Assembly (NCBI GenBank): GCA_024644875.1
Contig: JAHEGY010000006.1
Coordinates: 11,439 to 75,438, forward strand
Origin: Cyclobacteriaceae bacterium
GTDB lineage: Bacteria > Bacteroidota > Bacteroidia > Cytophagales > Cyclobacteriaceae
DNA: 64,000 nucleotides
Reading direction: 5' to 3'
Part shown: positions 56,935-64,000 of the stretch, one piece after another
Numbering within the stretch: position 1 is the first letter of the stretch
Layout of the letters: each line of letters opens with the position of its first letter
Program-made: the position numbers and the translations under genes
Notes under the pieces: model-generated
Told to the model about the DNA's origin: nothing
The model's input: only the letters and a program-made list of their open reading frames with translations
Database searches by the model: none

Positions 56935-57511
56935 AACAGGCTGATTACTAATATACTATAACAAATACTTTTTTCAAGATTTCAAACAAGTCTTTAAACT
57001 TTAATAAATTTACATCAATTGCTAAAATTGAATGTAAGATACAATACCAATAACCTCTCCCTGAATAAAACGCACTGTAGGTACTAATATTACATGCCAG
57101 CTAGAACAATTAAACAACAAATATTATAAATAAATAATAATAATTCTAAATATTTTACAATTTTTTTCTCTTTAGACAAAATAAAATATTGATCAGGGAC
57201 CATTATTGAACAAATATCAAATAATATGCCAAATCAAGATTCCCTGATATATGTATTAATGCTATTGTAACCATAGGTCAAGAAATCTCTAAATTACACT
57301 GCAATGGCTGAAGTCGAGGGAAAGGTATTTTTTTTGAACAGTAGAAACCAGGTTCCCCTTATAATACAATCTTTCTAATAAAGGTGCCTGCCAGGTAAAT
57401 GTATCTAATATCCATTACTCCACGTCCACATCAGGCAAATCTGTTGGACTGGCCCGAACCGACCATGAGGTATTTGTCTCTTTTGAATTCCTTTAGTCAT
57501 ATATATTATGT

Positions 57512-58012
57512 CTAAAGTGATATCTGGTCAGGAAGTTTTATCTCTTTTAAATGCCCTGTACCCTTATCCAATTGGGACCAGAGAAGATCCTCAAAAGTCA
57601 GATGAACCATCCCTGCCGGAGGTAAAAATCCAATAACATCAGTAGATAAATGTTCACAGAGGTGGGTAATTGAAGGATTATGTCCAATTATTAACACTGA
57701 TTTTAAAGAATTGTCCAGTTTCGAGATAAATCCGAGCAAAGTCCTTACCGAAGCCTCATAAAGATCTTCATCAATTTTAATCTCAGATTGATCCAGTTTA
57801 AGCTGATCTGCAAAAAGTTGAGCCGTATCAATTGCTCGCGTGGCATGACTGGTTAATACAATATCGGGAATAACTTCCTCCAAATACATGTACCTGGCCA
57901 ACCTGGAAGCATCCTGTATCCCGGAATCAGTTAACTCCCGTTCCAAGTCTTTTTGTCCGGGTTCAACATTCCTGCTTTGTGCATGACGGATTAATATCAA
58001 ACTACGCTTCAT
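57512..58012 (-). CDS. sixA: Histidine phosphatase superfamily protein (SixA-like)
   Basis: The LIRHAQS motif carries the catalytic His. A second His lies in IIGHNP. At 166 aa, its size is typical of SixA. Confidence 0.75.
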   Translation of the reverse strand: MKRSLILIRHAQSRNVEPGQKDLERELTDSGIQDASRLARYMYLEEVIPDIVLTSHATRAIDTAQLFADQLKLDQSEIKIDEDLYEASVRTLLGFISKLDNSLKSVLIIGHNPSITHLCEHLSTDVIGFLPPAGMVHLTFEDLLWSQLDKGTGHLKEIKLPDQISL

Positions 58013-58164
58013 AATTAAATTTTTAAAAATTATATCATCCTTGTCCGCCTTACGAGACGTACAATATTTTAATTATGAATTTATTAAGTTTTACGAGTAA
58101 AAAACCATTTTCTTATTTTTTTTGTTAAAAATATTGATATTTGGGGCTTTCAAAATTATCAGTA

Positions 58165-60474
58165 ATGACCAAAAACCTAGTTATAGTAGAATCGCCGGCT
58201 AAGGCAAAGACTATTGAGAATTATCTCGGTAAAGAATATGTAGTAAAATCCAGCTATGGACATGTGAGGGATCTGCCCAAAGACAATGAAGCCATCGATA
58301 TTCAAAATGGATTCAAACCAACCTATGAAATTCCCAAGGATAAAAAAGATGTTATAAAACAACTTAAAAAAGAAGCTGAAAATTCCGAACTGGTATATCT
58401 CGCCAGTGATGATGACCGTGAGGGAGAAGCTATTTCATGGCATTTAAAGGAGGCATTAAATCTATCCGATCAAAAGGTCAGAAGAATTGTTTTCAGGGAA
58501 ATAACCAAAAATGCAATTTTGAATGCCCTGGAAAGCCCCCGCGGAATAAACCTTGACCTCGTGAATGCCCAGCAGGCAAGAAGGGTGCTAGACAGGTTAG
58601 TTGGATTTGAATTATCACCGGTTTTATGGAAAAAGATAAAAACAGGTCTTTCAGCTGGCCGTGTACAATCCGTTGCCGTAAAATTGGTAGTAGAAAGAGA
58701 AAGAGAGATTGAAAAATTCGAAATTGAAAATTTTTACAGGATATCAGCCTTTTTTCTTGTTGAGGGGAATGTAATATTAAAAGCAGACTTACAGAAACGC
58801 TTAAAAAACGAGGATGATGCCCTTGAATTTCTTAAATCAACGATTGGATCCTCATTTACTATTGAGAAATTAGAAAAGAAACCTTCTAAAAAATCTCCTG
58901 CACCTCCTTTTACAACATCAACACTTCAACAGGAAGCCAGTCGAAAACTTGGTTTTTCAGTTACCCAGACTATGACCATAGCTCAAAAGCTATACGAGGC
59001 AGGCAAGATCTCGTATATGAGGACCGATTCAGTAAATCTTTCCCTTGAGGCTATTTCAGGAGCTAAAAATGAAATACTGAACGAGTACGGAGAAGAATAT
59101 CTGAGAACAAGGCAATTTAAAACGAAATCACAATCAGCCCAGGAGGCTCATGAAGCCATCCGTCCGACCAATTTTTCAGTGCGGGATGCTGGGGCTGACA
59201 GGAATGCAAAAAAACTCTATGAATTGATATGGAAACGGGCTGTCGCCTCTCAGATGGCTGCCGCTCAATTAGAGAAAACTGTGGTTACTATTGGAATAAG
59301 CAACAGGCCTGATAAGTTAATAGCAACAGGAGAAATTATTACTTTTAGTGGATTCCTGAAAGTTTATCAGGAATCAAGTGACGAAGAGAATGGTGAAAAT
59401 GGCAAGCAAGGTTTACTTCCAACATTAAGTGAAGGTCAGACATTGCAACTAAAAGAAATGATAGCAAAACAGGGATTTACCCGGCCTCCATTACGATTCA
59501 CCGAAGCAAGCCTTGTCAAGAAGCTTGAAGAATTGGGTATAGGAAGACCTTCCACTTATGCCCCTACAATTTCTACAATTCAGAAAAGGAATTATGTTGT
59601 AAAAGAATTTATTGAAGGTAAGGAAAGGAATATCAAGCAAATAATCCTAAAGGGTGGTAATATAAGTTCAAATGAATCCACTGAAACATATGGCTTTGAT
59701 AAAAACAAATTATCACCTACGAATATTGGTATTATCGTTAATGATTTCCTTGAAACCCATTTTCCATCTATAATAGATTATTCATTTACGGCCAATGTTG
59801 AAGAGGAGTTTGACGAAATTGCTCAGGGTCAAATACCCTGGGAAAATATGATCGACTCTTTTTATGGCAAGTTCCATCCGATGGTTGAAAAAACTGAGAC
59901 ATTATCCAGGGCAGAGGCAAGTACTTCAAGAGAGTTGGGCATTGATCCGGAAAGTGGTAGAATGGTATATGCTCGTCTGGGAAAATTCGGGCCAATGGTT
60001 CAGATTGGAGAAAATGATGAGGATGACAAACCCAGGTATGCAAGCCTGCGTAAAGGACAGTTTCTCGAAAGCATCAACCTTGAAGAAGCGCTTGATCTGT
60101 TTAAACTCCCTCGTGATGTTGGACAATATGAAGATAAAGAAGTAGTAGCCGGGATCGGCAGGTTTGGCCCGTACATCAGGCATGACAATAAATTTATATC
60201 TCTTGGAAAAGAAGACCCATTACAGGTAGGTATTGATACAGCTATTCAATTAATTGAAGAAAAAAGAAAAGAAGAGTCTAATAACATAATAAAAGTATTC
60301 GAGGAACAATCCGATGTTAAAGTATTGAAAGGTAAATATGGGCCTTATATTAAATTTGGGAAGAAAAACTTAAAAATTCCTAAAGATAAGAATCCGGAAG
60401 ACCTGACTTATGAAGAATGTGTTGAAATTTCAGAGAAAGCACCCCCCAAGAAACGAAGATTCAACAAAAAATAA
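58165..60474 (+). CDS. topA: DNA topoisomerase I
   Basis: Toprim start LVIVESPAKAKTIENYLG, and the active-site Tyr region ISYMRTDS. The Lys-rich C-terminal domain appears to lack Cys4 zinc fingers. The ORF track starts at TTG 58141; the ATG at 58165 is the more likely start. Confidence 0.93.
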   Translation: MTKNLVIVESPAKAKTIENYLGKEYVVKSSYGHVRDLPKDNEAIDIQNGFKPTYEIPKDKKDVIKQLKKEAENSELVYLASDDDREGEAISWHLKEALNLSDQKVRRIVFREITKNAILNALESPRGINLDLVNAQQARRVLDRLVGFELSPVLWKKIKTGLSAGRVQSVAVKLVVEREREIEKFEIENFYRISAFFLVEGNVILKADLQKRLKNEDDALEFLKSTIGSSFTIEKLEKKPSKKSPAPPFTTSTLQQEASRKLGFSVTQTMTIAQKLYEAGKISYMRTDSVNLSLEAISGAKNEILNEYGEEYLRTRQFKTKSQSAQEAHEAIRPTNFSVRDAGADRNAKKLYELIWKRAVASQMAAAQLEKTVVTIGISNRPDKLIATGEIITFSGFLKVYQESSDEENGENGKQGLLPTLSEGQTLQLKEMIAKQGFTRPPLRFTEASLVKKLEELGIGRPSTYAPTISTIQKRNYVVKEFIEGKERNIKQIILKGGNISSNESTETYGFDKNKLSPTNIGIIVNDFLETHFPSIIDYSFTANVEEEFDEIAQGQIPWENMIDSFYGKFHPMVEKTETLSRAEASTSRELGIDPESGRMVYARLGKFGPMVQIGENDEDDKPRYASLRKGQFLESINLEEALDLFKLPRDVGQYEDKEVVAGIGRFGPYIRHDNKFISLGKEDPLQVGIDTAIQLIEEKRKEESNNIIKVFEEQSDVKVLKGKYGPYIKFGKKNLKIPKDKNPEDLTYEECVEISEKAPPKKRRFNKK

Positions 60475-60479
60475 ATAAA

Positions 60480-61172
60480 ATGAAAAACCTTGTCGTACTG
60501 ACCGGATCTGGAATCAGTGCTGAAAGTGGAATTAAAACTTTCCGTGAATCCGGAGGATTATGGGAAGGATATGATGTATACGAAGTAGCAACACCTGAAG
60601 GTTGGCATAAAAACCCTGAGCTGGTATTAGAATTCTATAATCAAAGGCGTAAACAGGCCCTTGAATCCATGCCTAATGAAGCCCACACCATACTGGCGGA
60701 TCTTGAGTCCCATTTTAATGTTACAATAATAACCCAGAACGTAGACAACCTCCATGAGAGAGCGGGCTCCAGCAATATAATTCACCTGCATGGGGAACTT
60801 TTTAAATCCCGCAGCACCCTTGATGAAAACCTGGTATATGACATGGAGGGCTGGGAATTAAATCTTGGCGATACCTGTGAAAAAGGCTCACAATTAAGGC
60901 CCCATATCGTATGGTTCGGCGAGATGGTGCCGATGATGGATGTGGCGGCCAGGGAAACCATGAAAGCTGATATTTATATAGTAGCAGGCACTTCCCTTGT
61001 AGTATATCCTGCAGCGGGCCTTTTAGATTACGTGGGATCAGAAATCCCTAAATTCATTGTTGATCCAAACATGCCGGAAGTAAGTAAGAGACCGAATTTA
61101 TACCTTATCGAAGAAAAAGCTTCTACAGGGATGCAAAAAGTCCGGGATATTTTACTAAAAGAATATATTTAA
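60480..61172 (+). CDS. cobB: Sir2-family NAD-dependent protein deacylase (CobB type)
   Basis: GSGISAESGIKTFR, QNVDNLHERAG, and the catalytic His in LHGEL. The protein contains only one Cys. Confidence 0.88.
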   Translation: MKNLVVLTGSGISAESGIKTFRESGGLWEGYDVYEVATPEGWHKNPELVLEFYNQRRKQALESMPNEAHTILADLESHFNVTIITQNVDNLHERAGSSNIIHLHGELFKSRSTLDENLVYDMEGWELNLGDTCEKGSQLRPHIVWFGEMVPMMDVAARETMKADIYIVAGTSLVVYPAAGLLDYVGSEIPKFIVDPNMPEVSKRPNLYLIEEKASTGMQKVRDILLKEYI

Positions 61173-61666
61173 TTTGGCAGCAATGGCTCAAAGGTCTCTT
61201 GTATTATTGTACCATCTTTTTCCTCTTCCGTCGTCAGAAATAGTGAGGTGATCTCTTGTATATTTTTAATAGTCGTTCCAGCGTCCGCGGAATAATAAGC
61301 TATCCGGTCGATCCTCTCACTTAAACTGCTTTCTTCAAGCGCTTCCCAGGATCCTGAATCAAGTTGTTCGGTGATCCCATTGCAGAAATCACTAATGGAT
61401 TCAACGATATAGATCTGTTCTGTACTTGAAGAAATATATTTTGTTTGAATTAAAAGTTCACAGTCAGAAATCTCCGGTGTTTGCCCGTTTTCAGTTATTA
61501 TTTTTCTTATCCATGATTTAGAAGAATCGTTTGAAAGCAATCGCACAACTTCCGGTTCCGTAAATACCACTATATTTTCATCATTGCCACAGGATGCAAA
61601 AAGAAGAAAGACAATGAAGGCCGGACCAATCCAGAACTTAGAGATATTGATTACTTGTCTTTTCAT
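61169..61666 (-). CDS. Hypothetical lipoprotein
   Basis: Signal peptide with lipobox (FLLFASCGN). Its 3' end overlaps the cobB stop by 4 bp in convergent orientation. Confidence 0.5.
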   Translation of the reverse strand: MKRQVINISKFWIGPAFIVFLLFASCGNDENIVVFTEPEVVRLLSNDSSKSWIRKIITENGQTPEISDCELLIQTKYISSSTEQIYIVESISDFCNGITEQLDSGSWEALEESSLSERIDRIAYYSADAGTTIKNIQEITSLFLTTEEEKDGTIIQETFEPLLPN

Positions 61667-61822
61667 TTGTCCAAAAATACATTCAAAGAACTATATATAA
61701 ATGAAATTGAAGAAGAATCTAAATTTCTTGAAAATCGGACAAATATCCTTCCGGGTCCGGGTATTATAATAGCAGCCCCGGTAAAAATGACAATATTTAT
61801 CTCTATCTAGTATTAAAACTAT

Positions 61823-61830
61823 TATTTTTG
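61823..61830 (+). promoter_or_regulatory. Candidate Bacteroidota -7 promoter box (TAnnTTTG)
   Basis: TATTTTTG, 28 bp upstream of the leuS ATG. Confidence 0.3.
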
Positions 61831-61857
61831 CATGCTTTAACGCTTTACTATTTAAAG

Positions 61858-64000
61858 ATGGCTGATTATAATTTTAAGGAAATCGAAAGAAAGTGGCAAT
61901 CTTATTGGGATGCAAACCAAACCTATAAGACCCGAATCGATCATTCAAAACCAAAATATTATGTTTTAGATATGTTTCCTTATCCTTCGGGAGCCGGATT
62001 GCATGTTGGCCATCCACTTGGATATATTGCCAGTGATATAGTTTCCAGATTCAAAAGACTTAATGGATGTAATGTTCTTCACCCAATGGGCTTTGATGCC
62101 TTCGGTCTTCCGGCTGAACAGTATGCAATTCAAACTGGTCAACACCCGGCAAAAACCACGGACCAGAACATCTCAAGATACAAAGAGCAGTTATTAAATA
62201 TTGGATTTTCCTATGATTGGGATACGGAAGTACAAACATGTGCTCCGGATTATTATAAATGGACACAATGGATATTTCTTCAATTATTTGAAAGCTGGTA
62301 TAACCAAAAAGAGGACAGGGCGGAATCTATTGAAACCCTTATACGGATACTGGCAAGTGACGGAAATAAGAATATTAAAGCAGCATGCGATGAAGATACG
62401 CCTTTGATAACAGCAGAAGATTGGAATGGCTATTCTGAACAGGAGAAAGCTTTCCTTCTGCTAAAATACAGGCTAACCTACCTTGCTGAAACTACTGTGA
62501 ACTGGTGCCCTGCTTTAGGCACCGTGCTTGCCAATGATGAAGTCCGGGATGGACTGTCTGTCAGGGGAGGTCATCCGGTCGAACGAAAAAAAATGAAACA
62601 ATGGAGCATGAGGATAACGGCTTATGCTGACCGGTTGCTTGAAGGATTAAATCGTATTGACTGGACTGAAGCGTTAAAGGAAATGCAAAGAAATTGGATT
62701 GGAAAATCTTTTGGATGTTCTGTTACTTTTGATGTTCTCGATTCTGATCTTAAAATGACTGTTTTTACAACGCGGGCAGATACAATCTTTGGGGTAACTT
62801 TCATGACTATTGCCCCTGAGCATGAGATGGTTGACCAACTCACAACGCCAGATCAGAAAAACGCCGTCAGGGATTATATTGAAACGGCCAAAAACCGATC
62901 GGAAAGGGAAAGGATGAGTGATGTGAAAACTGTATCAGGTGTTTTTACAGGATCATATGTTATCCATCCTTTTTCACAAGATAAAATACCCATCTGGATT
63001 GCTGATTATGTTCTGGCGGCTTATGGAACAGGAATGGTAATGGGTGTTCCCTCCTCAGATACAAGGGATTACGCTTTTGCCAGTCACTTTAAAATACCAA
63101 TTATACCTGTTCAGGAAGGCGCACATACCGATATAACAAATCCTGATTTTGATCCCAAAGCCGGGACGATGATCAACTCTGATTTTATGAATGGGTTGCC
63201 CGTGACAGAAGCCATTGAACTGGCTACGAAGCGCGTGGAAGAGAAAGGAATCGGAGAAGCACAAATCAATTTCAGGCTTAGAGATGCGGTTTTTGGCAGG
63301 CAAAGATATTGGGGTGAGCCCTTTCCAATTTATTATGTTAATGAAATTCCCATCCCCTTACCTGAAGATGAATTGCCTCTAATACTTCCGGAGGTCGATG
63401 CATATCTTCCCACTGAAACAGGCGATCCTCCATTAGGCCGGGCATCTGAGTGGAAATACAATGAAAAGTATCCCTATGAATTAAGTACTATGCCTGGTTG
63501 GGCCGGATCAAGCTGGTACCTTTTCAGGTACATGGATCCAAAGAATGAAAAGGAGTTCGTGAGTAAAGAAGCACAGGAATACTGGCAAAATGTAGACCTT
63601 TATATTGGTGGATCTGAACATGCAACCGGCCATCTGATGTACTCCCGTTTCTGGACTAAATTCCTTTATGACCGCGGATTTTTATCAGTAGACGAACCAT
63701 TTAAAAAACTGATCAACCAGGGAATGATCCAGGGCAGGTCAAATTTTGTTTATAGAATAAAAGGGACAGATCAGTTCGTTTCATACAATTTAAAAGATGA
63801 TCACGATGTTCAGGCTCTTCATGTAGATGTAAATATTGTGGACAATGACATCCTCGATATTGAAGCCTTCAAGAATTGGAGTCCTGATTTTAAAAATGCA
63901 ACATTCATATTGGAAGATGGCAAGTATATCTGTGGTAATGAAGTGGAGAAGATGTCAAAATCACTATATAATGTGGTCAATCCTGACGTGATAATTGAAA
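61858..64000 (+). CDS. leuS: Leucine--tRNA ligase (partial, runs off the right edge)
   Basis: My own translation from the ATG at 61858 gives [24 protein letters not shown]... The HIGH motif appears as HVGHPLGY and KMSKS lies near 63950 ([12 protein letters not shown]). It is absent from the ORF track because it has no in-window stop. Confidence 0.95.
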   Translation, partial: MADYNFKEIERKWQSYWDANQTYKTRIDHSKPKYYVLDMFPYPSGAGLHVGHPLGYIASDIVSRFKRLNGCNVLHPMGFDAFGLPAEQYAIQTGQHPAKTTDQNISRYKEQLLNIGFSYDWDTEVQTCAPDYYKWTQWIFLQLFESWYNQKEDRAESIETLIRILASDGNKNIKAACDEDTPLITAEDWNGYSEQEKAFLLLKYRLTYLAETTVNWCPALGTVLANDEVRDGLSVRGGHPVERKKMKQWSMRITAYADRLLEGLNRIDWTEALKEMQRNWIGKSFGCSVTFDVLDSDLKMTVFTTRADTIFGVTFMTIAPEHEMVDQLTTPDQKNAVRDYIETAKNRSERERMSDVKTVSGVFTGSYVIHPFSQDKIPIWIADYVLAAYGTGMVMGVPSSDTRDYAFASHFKIPIIPVQEGAHTDITNPDFDPKAGTMINSDFMNGLPVTEAIELATKRVEEKGIGEAQINFRLRDAVFGRQRYWGEPFPIYYVNEIPIPLPEDELPLILPEVDAYLPTETGDPPLGRASEWKYNEKYPYELSTMPGWAGSSWYLFRYMDPKNEKEFVSKEAQEYWQNVDLYIGGSEHATGHLMYSRFWTKFLYDRGFLSVDEPFKKLINQGMIQGRSNFVYRIKGTDQFVSYNLKDDHDVQALHVDVNIVDNDILDIEAFKNWSPDFKNATFILEDGKYICGNEVEKMSKSLYNVVNPDVIIE

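Noticed and set aside
60480-61172. The Sir2-domain protein as a Thoeris/DSR-type antiphage effector.
   Set aside because: It is a short CobB-type deacylase with intact sirtuin catalytic motifs. It has no TIR or other partner and sits directly downstream of topA.
1-64000. I looked for CRISPR arrays, rRNA/tRNA genes, transposases, integrases, phage genes, and known defence or toxin-antitoxin modules.
   Set aside because: I saw no regularly spaced repeats of 25 bp or longer, no tRNA-like cloverleaf signatures outside CDSs, and no recognisable recombinase, nuclease or NTPase defence genes. The window looks like core chromosome with a modest accessory left end.

Overview
AT-rich (by eye under 40% GC) chromosomal segment from a member of the Bacteroidota. 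The phylum call rests on a T9SS C-terminal sorting domain, a BlaR1-TonB fusion, DUF5916/CBM9 outer-membrane proteins, an ArgF'-type arginine operon headed by a GNAT gene, a CI-like S24 repressor next to dinB, and TAnnTTTG -7 boxes. I found no rRNA, tRNA, CRISPR array, transposase, integrase or recognisable phage or defence gene. About two thirds is housekeeping: arginine operon (GNAT-argG-argC-argF'-argB-argE-argH), menD-menB-menE, smc, pgi, topA, cobB, leuS (partial), a 2-oxoacid dehydrogenase E2, fabH and hslV. The left 17 kb is more accessory. It holds a DUF1080 protein, a TAT-exported and a cytoplasmic Gfo/Idh/MocA oxidoreductase, a xylose-isomerase-like TIM-barrel protein, two large DUF5916/CBM9 paralogues, a frameshifted T9SS cargo gene and an orphan XylF-like binding lipoprotein. 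I do not see a clear-cut new multi-gene system. The best candidates for a second look are: (1) the S24 repressor / 90-aa ORF / dinB cassette with clustered TTTAG[C/T]A repeats; (2) a 976-aa HExxH + beta-propeller + putative barrel protein; (3) the oxidoreductase/TIM-barrel/DUF1080 set, which has no glycoside hydrolase or SusCD; (4) a 0.5-kb ORF-free region bracketed by two strong hairpins. Two genes are broken by single-base shifts that extending an A-run by one base would repair (the only simple repair for one gene, one of several possible for the other), so homopolymer sequencing error is a live alternative to true pseudogenes. All family calls come from motif recognition by eye; no database search was run.
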